DNA of 64,000 nucleotides from an uncultured Acidobacteriota bacterium (GTDB taxonomy: Bacteria > Acidobacteriota > Terriglobia > Terriglobales > Acidobacteriaceae). Made by a program: the position numbers and the translations under genes. The stretch is taken from NCBI GenBank assembly GCA_963807095.1, contig CAWEAF010000005.1:13681-77680 (forward strand), given 5' to 3'. Positions 11,210 through 19,745 of this stretch are shown one piece after another. Below the pieces are notes generated by a model. That model did not search any database and was not told the DNA's origin. It worked only from the letters and a program-made list of their open reading frames with translations. Position 1 is the first letter of the stretch. The number at the start of each line of letters is the position of its first letter.

Positions 11210-11560
11210 TCAGTACTTACTTGCCGCAGGTCTCCGGTTGTGGAGAGTCCGCTCGCGTGATTGATGAGGAAACGCGGAAGAATCGAGCAATTGGTCCGCC
11301 GGCATGTGTTTCGTGAGCGGTTCTTTGCCGTGGTTGTGAGTTCCGGCTGCGAAATAGGCCCGCCACTGTGCCATGGTTTTGTTCATCGGCGTGAGTTCTC
11401 CGCCTACCGCTCCTTTGCTGTGGCATTGGCGGCAGTTGTCTTTGAAGAAATGACGTCCTTTGGTTTCGCTGCCCTTCTGGGCGGCGGGCAGGGCAGAGAA
11501 TAGGCCTGACACAACGATAGTCGCGAGAACAATTGACATGAATCTTGCAAATCGCATCAT
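11210..11560 (-). pseudogene. Small monohaem c-type cytochrome; the C-terminus is probably frameshifted
   Basis: GGAGA RBS followed by ATG 11560. It reads MMRFARFMSIVLATIVVSGLFSALPAAQ (signal), then CRQCH. Near the 3' end, alternative frames read RFLINHA and ADSPQPETCGK*, which look more protein-like than the annotated tail. Confidence 0.6.
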
Positions 11561-11879
11561 GAAAGTCTCCAGCTTATTCACTTTCGTAAGTACGAAACTA
11601 ACCAAAATGATAGCCGATTGTGCCCGGCAAGTTTCTGTGATCGAGGGCACACGTGCTATTGGCTGTTTCCCAAAACGGGATTCGTTCGACTGCATACTTA
11701 AGTAATTGCGAACTATCGAAAGTATGTGACTGTGCGCACTGCGCTTCGCATTGCTCTTGGTGAATCATGTATCTGCCGTACTCGGTCAACCTTCATTGCT
11801 CACCCTGACCGGTGCAGCCCGGCCTTTCGGCCTCAGAACCGTTCCGGCCGCGCAACTCATAGAAGAGAGGAATTCTTCA

Positions 11880-13739
11880 ATGCGGAAGCTTCTGCTGGCT
11901 GTACCGATGTTTCTGCTGGTCTCGGGGCTATGGGCTCAAACGGCGCCGCCTGCGACGGATGATGCCGCCCAGCTTCGCCAGGAAATAGACCAACTCAAGA
12001 AAACCATCAATTCACTGGAGCAGCGCCTCGACGCGCAGGAGGGCGCGGCCAAGGCAGCGGCGCAAACTCCCGCCACGCAGTCCGCGGCGGCACAGCCTGC
12101 CGCGCCCAAACAGGAGGCGATCTCAGACCTTCAAACCAGCGTTCGCGACCTCAATGAGAGAGTCAACCACACTGAAAGGAAATCTTTACGTGACCGTTTG
12201 GAATGGGGCGGCGATTACCGCTACGAATTCCACGCGATTCGCGGCAACATTCCCGCCCACTATGATGGGATGCAATTGCAGAATCTCGTTGTGAACACCC
12301 TATGGCTCGCTACGCCCGCATCCCAGGGTGGTCTCGGGATGGCTCTCGATCCCAATATGTTCAGTACCATGACACCGGCACAGTTCTCCGGCTTCCTTAG
12401 CCAGCAAGTGCAGCAGAACTACAGCCAATATCAATACTTCAACAATAACTTGACATTTACCGGGCTGAAGCAGGGCATGAGCCAGTTTTCCCCCCAGATG
12501 CAGCAGATGTTGATGAGCTACCTGACGCAGGTGCCGGGCGTTTTGCAGAGCGCGTATAGCGCCAACAGCGATGCTTTGATGACAAACCGGCTGCGGCTGC
12601 GGTTTGACTCGCAGATCGCCGACAACATCAGCTTCGGCGCCCGCCTGAGCATGTACAAGGTGTTTGGTGACTCGACAGGGCTGCAAGTGTTCGATGGCCA
12701 GCCAACCTCGATGGCCATAGATGGCACCACGGTGGGCGTCCCCAGCGGCGACATGGTCCGCGTGGAACGCGCCTATTTCAGCTGGAACCACATTGCGGGA
12801 TCAAACCTGTATCTCTCTATCGGGCGGAGGCCATCGACCGGCGGGCCACCTCTCAACTTCCGCGACGACGAGCCTCGAGGCGGCACGCCGTCTGGCGCAC
12901 TCATCGATTTCCAGTTCGACGGAATCACGGCCGGATACAACGTGAACGACAAAGTAACCCTTCGCGCGTGCTACGGCATGGGGTACTCCTCCGGGTTCGG
13001 CAACGGCGCGTTGCTCCAGAATCCGGCGGATCGGGTCAAGTCCGTTCACCTGTTCGGCGGGAACATGGATCTGTATAGCACTGACAAAACCTTCATTCAG
13101 ACGACGTTGGCGCGGGCCTGGAACGTGACCGACGGATTCGCCGGATTGATGGTGCTGCCCAACAATCCCTTGACCGGTGCTGCGGTGAATGCCCCTGTGG
13201 TTATGCGGTACGCTCCGTCCGCAAACCTGGGAGCCATTAACCTGTACGGAATTAACCTGCAGAAAAAACTTGGTGACTTCGATCTATTCGCCAGCGGCAA
13301 CTGGTCATCCACGCGTCCTAACGGGCTCACCACTCCGTTCGGCGGGCTGATGAGTGATCCTTTCGATACGCCAGTGAATCGCGATGGACAGATGTATTAC
13401 ATCGGGCTTCGCTACAGTGTTCCGAAGGATGACGGACGGACAAAGGTGGGGTTTGAGTTTAACCACGGGTCGAAATACTGGTTCAACTTTGCCCAAGCCG
13501 CAGATGACATCGTCGCTCCCAAAACGGACACGCGCGGCGACGTCTATGAAACCTACCTGACGCATCGAATCAGCGACCACTTCATGCTGAAAGGCAGCTA
13601 TATCAACTACAACTACGCATGGTCAGGCTCCGGCTGGCAGGTGGGGGCTCCCAAGCGTCTCACCTCAAGTCCGATTCTGGCCTTTCCCACTTACGATACA
13701 GCCAAGATGTTCACGTTTGGTTTGATCGCTTCGTTCTAG
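11880..13739 (+). CDS. Outer-membrane beta-barrel porin-like protein with an N-terminal coiled coil (DUF3373-like; family recalled, not searched)
   Basis: AGAGAGG RBS followed by ATG 11880. It has the signal MRKLLLAVPMFLLVSGLWAQ and a coiled coil (LRQEIDQLKKTINSLEQRLDAQE). Alternating beta-strand patterns follow, ending in the C-terminal aromatic signature FTFGLIASF*. Confidence 0.7.
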   Translation: MRKLLLAVPMFLLVSGLWAQTAPPATDDAAQLRQEIDQLKKTINSLEQRLDAQEGAAKAAAQTPATQSAAAQPAAPKQEAISDLQTSVRDLNERVNHTERKSLRDRLEWGGDYRYEFHAIRGNIPAHYDGMQLQNLVVNTLWLATPASQGGLGMALDPNMFSTMTPAQFSGFLSQQVQQNYSQYQYFNNNLTFTGLKQGMSQFSPQMQQMLMSYLTQVPGVLQSAYSANSDALMTNRLRLRFDSQIADNISFGARLSMYKVFGDSTGLQVFDGQPTSMAIDGTTVGVPSGDMVRVERAYFSWNHIAGSNLYLSIGRRPSTGGPPLNFRDDEPRGGTPSGALIDFQFDGITAGYNVNDKVTLRACYGMGYSSGFGNGALLQNPADRVKSVHLFGGNMDLYSTDKTFIQTTLARAWNVTDGFAGLMVLPNNPLTGAAVNAPVVMRYAPSANLGAINLYGINLQKKLGDFDLFASGNWSSTRPNGLTTPFGGLMSDPFDTPVNRDGQMYYIGLRYSVPKDDGRTKVGFEFNHGSKYWFNFAQAADDIVAPKTDTRGDVYETYLTHRISDHFMLKGSYINYNYAWSGSGWQVGAPKRLTSSPILAFPTYDTAKMFTFGLIASF

Positions 13740-13755
13740 ATCGCGAATACTCTGA

Positions 13756-13780
13756 AGAGGGCTGGTGATGCCAGCCCTCT
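13756..13780 (+). terminator. Hairpin terminator after the porin gene
   Basis: agagggctgg-tgatg-ccagccctct: a 10-bp perfect stem with a 5-nt loop, followed by cttctct. It lies 17 nt after the stop. Confidence 0.45.
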
Positions 13781-13798
13781 CTTCTCTGCAGCCGAGGA

Positions 13799-14260
13799 TC
13801 ATCCGGCGGCTGCGCGAAGCGCGGTGCAGCACCGGTCGACGTCCTCCAGGGTGGTATACACGTAGAGCGATGCTCTCGCCGCGTCGCGCACGCCATAGCG
13901 TTTAAGAATTGGCAAAGCAGCCAAGTCCCCTGCCCGGATTGCGATTCCGCATGCGTCAAGAGCCCGAACCAGGTCAACGCTGGAAGTCTTCTGGCTGAAG
14001 AACGTAAAGAGCGGAATGCGATTCGTTGCTTTTGTCGACCCGATGACACGAAGACTCTGGATCTCTGCCAGTCGACTAAGCATGTGCTCGGTGAGCAACT
14101 GCTCATGGGCCCACATGGGCTCGTGTCCGATGCTCGCAATAAAGCGAGCTGCCGCGGCAAGCCCAACCGCATCGGCTACATTCGGAGTACCTGAAGTAGC
14201 ACAAATAAAAGCGAGCTCGGAGGTGACGCATGCGAAATCTGACGCGCTTTCGCAGCGCTC
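13799..14260 (-). pseudogene. C-terminal relic of a SufS-type cysteine desulfurase (class V aminotransferase)
   Basis: ..SGTPNVADAVGLAAAARFIASIGHEPMWAHEQLLTEHMLSRLAEIQSLRVIG..ACGIAIRAGDLAALPILKRYGVRDAARASLYVYTTLEDVD matches the last ~140 aa of the SufS pattern (FEAGTPNIAG..IAVRTGHHCAQP..RAS). The catalytic-loop HHC is replaced by GDL. The N-terminal ~270 aa are absent. The upstream ORF extension overlaps the TPR gene. Confidence 0.65.
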
Positions 14261-14318
14261 ATCCATGTCTGTCCTCGCACCCGCATCCAAGAACCTGGAG
14301 TGATCGAATGGGACAACC

Positions 14319-16295
14319 CTAATCCGAGCTCTTTTGTGTTGACGGGATGGGTTCTGAGGCGGCGGCATCCTGTGGGAGTTTGACCTTTTCTGATGTATCG
14401 ACATCGAAAAGCATGTAGTGATCGAAGGTGTAGTGCCGGTAATAACGCCGCTTGCGAAAGTCGAAGTAAATCTCCACGTTTTTTGGCAACCACAGATTTG
14501 TGCTTTTCCTTGCAAATGGCACCGGGCCGTACTCCACGACTTGATGTTCACTGAGCATTTGGATCTCGTGCATGGGGTTGATGATGTCGGCCTCAATGTG
14601 CACGATTTGAGAAGTGTCTGAAGAGATCCACGCTTTCCCCTTCAAGTCGATGCGATAAGTCTTGCCAGAGAAAGTGTAGTCCTGCATGCGATTGGGACGG
14701 TCGGGGCGCTGGCGAAAGTGTACTAACCAGGTGGGCTTTCCAAGCCACTTGGCTTGCCCCTCGCAGTCGAAATCGAAGTCGCGCTGCATCTCTGGATGAA
14801 AAACGAGCGCCAGCATGAGGAAGCCCTTACTTGAGATTCCGTCGGGATAGCCACTCTGAAGAACTCTGTCTTCGCTATAATCCTCGATCAAAACCGATCC
14901 CGGTTTCGACGAAATTGCGGCAACATAGTTGTACTTTCTCGTTTCTGCGTGGTTTGAAAGGCCAGCCCCGTCCAGCGATTTGTGGAACAGATCCTCATCG
15001 GCGGTGAAGCGGGTTATGTCCTGAACCAACTCCTGTACACGTTGCCCCGCTCCCGCGAGCACCTGAGCACTGGAACAAATTACTCCGGGCTCGAGGGCCG
15101 GCTTAATATCGTCAATATCGGGGGGACGCCAAGTCTGCATCGAGAGTACAAGTTTGGGCACCGCCATGAGGGGATCAGGTGACGCGGTAGTCGCTAAACC
15201 TGCCGCCGGCGCTTGATCGCCTTCCTGCACCTTTGTGATCAGCTTGCGAACTGGCTCGACCATGTTTTCTGGGGGAGATTCCTTGAGGAATAGCTGAAGC
15301 GCCGCAATTCCTTCATCCTTTTGACCAAGTCCAATCAATGCTTGTCCGAGCGTAAGTTCGGAGGCGCTGGAAGCATTCTTTCCCGTTCTCGCACCCTTCG
15401 CAACGGCAATCTGCGCTTCGTCGCGAGCCTTGCTGTACTCTCTCTGGTGAAGGTATGTACTAGCCAATAAATCATGTGGCAGCCATTCTTCCGAATCGAC
15501 AAGAATTGCCTGTTCGAGCGCTGACTGAGCTTCAGGAAAGTTCTTTAACGCCAGCTTTGTTCTGCCTAGCAGAGTTAGCGTTTGGGCAGAGTGCGGGCTG
15601 AGGTTAACAGCCGTTCCCAGGTAGGTTCCAGCCTGCGCGTAGTCGTTCTTCTGGAAGTACAAATATCCCAGCAGGAAGTTTAAATCCGCGTTCGACGGCG
15701 CTAAGACATACGCAGTTTTCAAACGCTTCTCGGCATTATTAAGATCACCAGATTTCAAAAGAGACACAGCTCGTTTCGCTTCTTTCCGCGCCTTCGCAGG
15801 CATGAGACCTGATGCTGCATTAATGGTGACGGCGGCTGGATCGCGGTGAAGCACAATATCAACCTCTTGCCTCACGGGACTCAAAACATTAATTTCGAGA
15901 CTCGCGCTTATATATCCCACTGCGGTGACGGAAATGACGTATCTGCCGAGGACTGTATTGACGAACACAGCAGCTTCGTGCCCTGGGACTATTAGAAATC
16001 CTCCCACATGGTTCGCAAGATTCGTTAGATCCACCCGAGCCGAGCGGTCGAGGCTGACAGGCTTTTCCTCGGCGAAGGTGTGAACGATGACTACTGAGGT
16101 GTTCGGCGCAGTTTCATAAGTGGAAATCCGCTGGTCCCCTTGCATCTCATTCATTTGCTGCACGCCTGGCGCCACTTGCGCAAGTAACGGTGTGCCTACA
16201 AGAGATACGAACACGACCAATAAGAATGCGGGAGTAGGTGAGGGCTTCACGGTGGACCGCTCAAGAGCGAAGTCTATCATCGAAAGCTCTGTCAT
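14319..16295 (-). CDS. TPR-repeat protein with an N-terminal carboxypeptidase-regulatory-like beta-sandwich and an uncharacterised C-terminal domain
   Basis: Intact 658-aa ORF with an N-terminal anchor (AFLLVVFVSLVGTPLLAQ). TPR units include LKSGDLNNAEKRLKTAYVLAPSNADLNFLLGYLYFQKNDYAQAGTYLGTAVNLSP. The C-terminal ~280 aa have no motif I recognise. Confidence 0.7.
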   Translation of the reverse strand: MTELSMIDFALERSTVKPSPTPAFLLVVFVSLVGTPLLAQVAPGVQQMNEMQGDQRISTYETAPNTSVVIVHTFAEEKPVSLDRSARVDLTNLANHVGGFLIVPGHEAAVFVNTVLGRYVISVTAVGYISASLEINVLSPVRQEVDIVLHRDPAAVTINAASGLMPAKARKEAKRAVSLLKSGDLNNAEKRLKTAYVLAPSNADLNFLLGYLYFQKNDYAQAGTYLGTAVNLSPHSAQTLTLLGRTKLALKNFPEAQSALEQAILVDSEEWLPHDLLASTYLHQREYSKARDEAQIAVAKGARTGKNASSASELTLGQALIGLGQKDEGIAALQLFLKESPPENMVEPVRKLITKVQEGDQAPAAGLATTASPDPLMAVPKLVLSMQTWRPPDIDDIKPALEPGVICSSAQVLAGAGQRVQELVQDITRFTADEDLFHKSLDGAGLSNHAETRKYNYVAAISSKPGSVLIEDYSEDRVLQSGYPDGISSKGFLMLALVFHPEMQRDFDFDCEGQAKWLGKPTWLVHFRQRPDRPNRMQDYTFSGKTYRIDLKGKAWISSDTSQIVHIEADIINPMHEIQMLSEHQVVEYGPVPFARKSTNLWLPKNVEIYFDFRKRRYYRHYTFDHYMLFDVDTSEKVKLPQDAAASEPIPSTQKSSD

Positions 16296-16415
16296 GGGCT
16301 GATGGCCAATTGTGCAACTTCTACAGGATTAGCGATACAGGTAACGAGTACCACCTCAGGAATAGTACATCGCTTCTCACTGTCTCGCGGCAAATTGGCG
16401 CTGATGTCGAGGCTT

Positions 16416-18059
16416 CTACCGCGCGGAATGGTCGAACGTCATGCGGAGGGCATACGCGTATTTGGCTGGAGCCTGCGCCGGCATCCGAACGTGGAGACCG
16501 TCTGGGTGCTGCTCAAATTGCAATTTCGTATCGCTTCCCAACAACGTGACAGACTGGACATGTTCGCTGCCAACGGCCGATGCGAGCGAGTGAATCACAG
16601 CCTCGCCCTTAGTCGGCCAGCCGAGCCCAATCGCGTAAAGCACATCGCCTTTGGTCGTGAAACGAAAGTCTTCGGCTGTATAGCGCGTCGTGTCGGTATC
16701 GTGAAAGGATCCCGCCGCTACTTTGGTTGGGCCTTCGCCATAGATCCTCCACGGCCGAGTACCGTAGATCGCATCGCCATTCACATTCAGCCACGCGCCG
16801 ACATCGAGAAGGACTTGCTGCACTTCCTCGGGGATGGTGCCGTCAGACCGTGGACCGATGTTCAACAGCAAATTGCCATTTTTGCTGACGATATCAATGA
16901 GTTGATGGACCACAAACTCAGGCGACTTGAACGTGTCGTCCTTGATGTAGCCCCAGGATTTGTTACTTACAGAAGTGTCGGTCTGCCAGTAGAGAGGACG
17001 GATATCGCCAAGCTGTCCGCGCTCCAGGTCGAGCACCGCGGAGTGCTCCTGCATGGCATAGTCTTTGTAGTTGATCACTCCGACGTGATCACCGTACTTC
17101 AGAGAAATGTTGTAATAAAAGGCGGCGAACTTGGTGAGATTGGGCCGGATCGAAGCCTGTCCGATCCACCAGTCAAAGTAGACGATGTCGGGATGATATT
17201 TCTCTACAAGTTCCGCGCCGCGCGCGAGCCAGTCGTCGGCCCAGGCAGAAGAAACGTAAGTGAAATCATCGTTGAGCGGCACGCCCCAGGGGGGCGACAA
17301 CCAGTTATGAGCCGGTCCGTAGAATGCTGCGTATTGCGGATCGTTTACATCCGAGGGAATGCTGCGGCCAACGCCGAGAAAGAAATTGTGTTCAACTCGA
17401 TGGGATGACACTCCAAAGTGCAGGCCTACAGCCCGTACGGCTTTGCCCAGTTCTCCCGTGGTGTCCCGATGCGGCCCCATTTTGACTGCCGTCCAGTCGC
17501 TCAATCCGCTGTCGTACATGGCGAAGCCATCGTGGTGCTCCGCCACGGGCACGACGTACTTTGCGCCTGACTTCTTGAATAGCTCCGCCCACGCAGATGG
17601 ATCGAAGTGTTCGGCTTTAAACATAGGGAGGAAATCTTTGTAGCCGAACTTGTCCTGAGGACCGTAGGTCGCCACGTGATGCTTATATTCCGGCGATCCT
17701 GGTACGTACATATTTCGCGGATACCATTCGTTGCCGAAAGCAGGGACCGAGTAGGCTCCCCAATGGATGAAAATGCCGAACTTCGCGTCCTTGTACCATT
17801 CGGGCACTTCATATTTCTGAAGTGATTCCCAGTCCGCCCGGAACGGCCCCAGTTGATCCAGGCTGTCGACTTTTTTCAGCAAGCTGGCGCGCTCTGAATC
17901 GTATTTGCTGCTCGCTTTCTGCCAGATTTGATCGATGCTAGCCGGCTCCTGAGTGGCGGTTGGAGCCGTCGCATTTTGCGCGTACGTCATAGAAACCGCA
18001 GAGGACAGCAAAACAATTGTGCTAATTTTTAGACTTGAGAGTAAACGTGGTGAAAGCAT
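16416..18059 (-). CDS. Alpha-L-fucosidase (GH29)
   Basis: Signal peptide, then WYKDAKFGIFIHWGAYSVPAFGNEWYPRNMY and YVVPVAEHHDGFAMYDS, which are canonical GH29 catalytic-domain motifs. Intact at 547 aa. Confidence 0.9.
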   Translation of the reverse strand: MLSPRLLSSLKISTIVLLSSAVSMTYAQNATAPTATQEPASIDQIWQKASSKYDSERASLLKKVDSLDQLGPFRADWESLQKYEVPEWYKDAKFGIFIHWGAYSVPAFGNEWYPRNMYVPGSPEYKHHVATYGPQDKFGYKDFLPMFKAEHFDPSAWAELFKKSGAKYVVPVAEHHDGFAMYDSGLSDWTAVKMGPHRDTTGELGKAVRAVGLHFGVSSHRVEHNFFLGVGRSIPSDVNDPQYAAFYGPAHNWLSPPWGVPLNDDFTYVSSAWADDWLARGAELVEKYHPDIVYFDWWIGQASIRPNLTKFAAFYYNISLKYGDHVGVINYKDYAMQEHSAVLDLERGQLGDIRPLYWQTDTSVSNKSWGYIKDDTFKSPEFVVHQLIDIVSKNGNLLLNIGPRSDGTIPEEVQQVLLDVGAWLNVNGDAIYGTRPWRIYGEGPTKVAAGSFHDTDTTRYTAEDFRFTTKGDVLYAIGLGWPTKGEAVIHSLASAVGSEHVQSVTLLGSDTKLQFEQHPDGLHVRMPAQAPAKYAYALRMTFDHSAR

Positions 18060-18156
18060 TGTTCCCTTTCGTACGCATCGTCGATTTCTGTCGGGTCAAT
18101 TCAATAGCAATTTCTGGTCGAGCAGCAACGCGGCTCAACGACAAACGACAAGAACA

Positions 18157-19170
18157 TCAATCCATGTTGACCATGATTTTTTTGAAACGTGATGGATTAT
18201 CGCTCCAGGAGCGCAGCGCTTCCGCTGCTTGCTCAAGGGAAACAACCAGACTCACGGCTTGATCAACCGGGAACGTCTGCGCTTCCAGAAGCTTGATCAC
18301 GGCCTCGAAATCCGCCGGTTGAGCATTTCTGGAGCCGACAATATCCAATTCTTTTTGAACGAACAGCCTGGTTTCGTAACTGACCGGCTCCTTTGCGTAT
18401 CCGATGTACACTACGCGTCCGGTGAATGCGACTTCTTCGACCGCCGCTCGGAACGTGGCCGCGGTGCCAATCGCTTCGATGGCAACATCCGGTCCCCGGC
18501 CTTCGGACATTTCCAGCAATCGGTCGTGTAGCGGCTCTCGCGCGCTATTAATGGTGTGTTGCGCGCCGGCCATGCGCGCCAATTCGAGTTTTTCGTCATC
18601 CACATCAATGCCGATCGTGCGCGCACGCTGGGAACTTGCAGCTGCTACGACACCAAGGCCCACTCCTCCACAACCCCAGATCGCAACCGTGTCGTTGGCG
18701 GTTACACGTCCACGTGTGACGGCATGAAATCCGACGGTAAGTGGTTCCACTAGGCACAACTCTTTTAGCGTCAGCTTGGCGGGATACAGTTTTTCTCGCG
18801 GCATCACAATGAATTCGGTGAGTGCGCCATCCCGCTGCACACCGAGAGTTTGGTTGAATTGGCAAGCGTTCGCGCGTCCACGCAGACAGGAAGAGCATTT
18901 GCCGCAGCTTGTGTATGGGCAGACCGCCACGTTTGTACCCACAGAGAATGCACCTTCACGTCCTTGGTCTTCCACCACCGTAGCCGATACTTCATGGCCC
19001 AGAATGCGGGGATACGTGACGAGTGGATTCAGTCCGCGGAACGAATTCAGATCGCTGCCACAGAATCCCACCATGCGGACCTTAAGCAGCGCGTTCGTGT
19101 CTGTGAGCACCGGATCGGCGATGGTCTCCAGATCGGCCTGGCCCGGTTTGCGAAGCACAAGCGCTCTCAT
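18157..19170 (-). CDS. Zinc-dependent medium-chain alcohol/polyol dehydrogenase
   Basis: ATG 19170 starts MRALVLRKPGQ. It has GHEVSATVVE, structural-zinc cysteines (CGKCSSCLRGRANAC) and the NAD motif GCGGVGLG. Confidence 0.85.
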   Translation of the reverse strand: MRALVLRKPGQADLETIADPVLTDTNALLKVRMVGFCGSDLNSFRGLNPLVTYPRILGHEVSATVVEDQGREGAFSVGTNVAVCPYTSCGKCSSCLRGRANACQFNQTLGVQRDGALTEFIVMPREKLYPAKLTLKELCLVEPLTVGFHAVTRGRVTANDTVAIWGCGGVGLGVVAAASSQRARTIGIDVDDEKLELARMAGAQHTINSAREPLHDRLLEMSEGRGPDVAIEAIGTAATFRAAVEEVAFTGRVVYIGYAKEPVSYETRLFVQKELDIVGSRNAQPADFEAVIKLLEAQTFPVDQAVSLVVSLEQAAEALRSWSDNPSRFKKIMVNMD

Positions 19171-19249
19171 CTCTGTACTCCGTGGAAAATAGTCGGTAAA
19201 GTTATCGATGTCAACCACAGAAGCTCGGCTTCCGTGGCAAGGGTCTATT

Positions 19250-19657
19250 AGGTTCGATGGACAGGGGGGCGCAGAAGCCATGCGCCAACTCCTCAGTCTC
19301 GAGCCCAGGCCTGACGCGTTATTTTGCTTCAATGATCCTTTGGCAATGGGCGCCATGAATTTTGCGCTGGATCACGGAATTCGAATCCCAGAGGATTTGG
19401 CGGTCGTGGGCTGCGGAAATCTCCACTACGATGATTCGCTCCGTGTTCCACTCTCCAGCATCGATCAGCACAGCCGGAAAATCGGAGAAGAAGCGGCGCG
19501 AATTGCGCTGCGCATTCTGAACTCGAAAATGCCCCCAAAGCCGGAAACTCTGGTGCTGCAGCCAGAGTTAATTGTGCGTGAATCGACACAGCGACGCGGG
19601 GGTAAGAACATTTCAAAAAAGGTGCGCGGCAGCGTCAAGCGAAGCCAAAGGCCTTAG
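19250..19657 (+). pseudogene. C-terminal relic of a LacI-family regulator (no HTH, no N-subdomain)
   Basis: GGAEAMRQLLSLEPRPDALFCFNDPLAMGAMNFALDHGIRIPEDLAVVGCGNLHYDDSLRVPLSSIDQH matches the last ~130 aa of LacI/PurR-type ligand-binding domains. The expected ~200 upstream residues are missing, and the dehydrogenase gene starts at 19170 on the other strand. Confidence 0.65.
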
Positions 19658-19745
19658 AGCGCCCTCGCTTGTACGGCTTTATGGTTTGGCATTTCTATCT
19701 CGAGTTCGTTACAGTTGGCGATACCCTTTTGCGTACTCTAATCGA

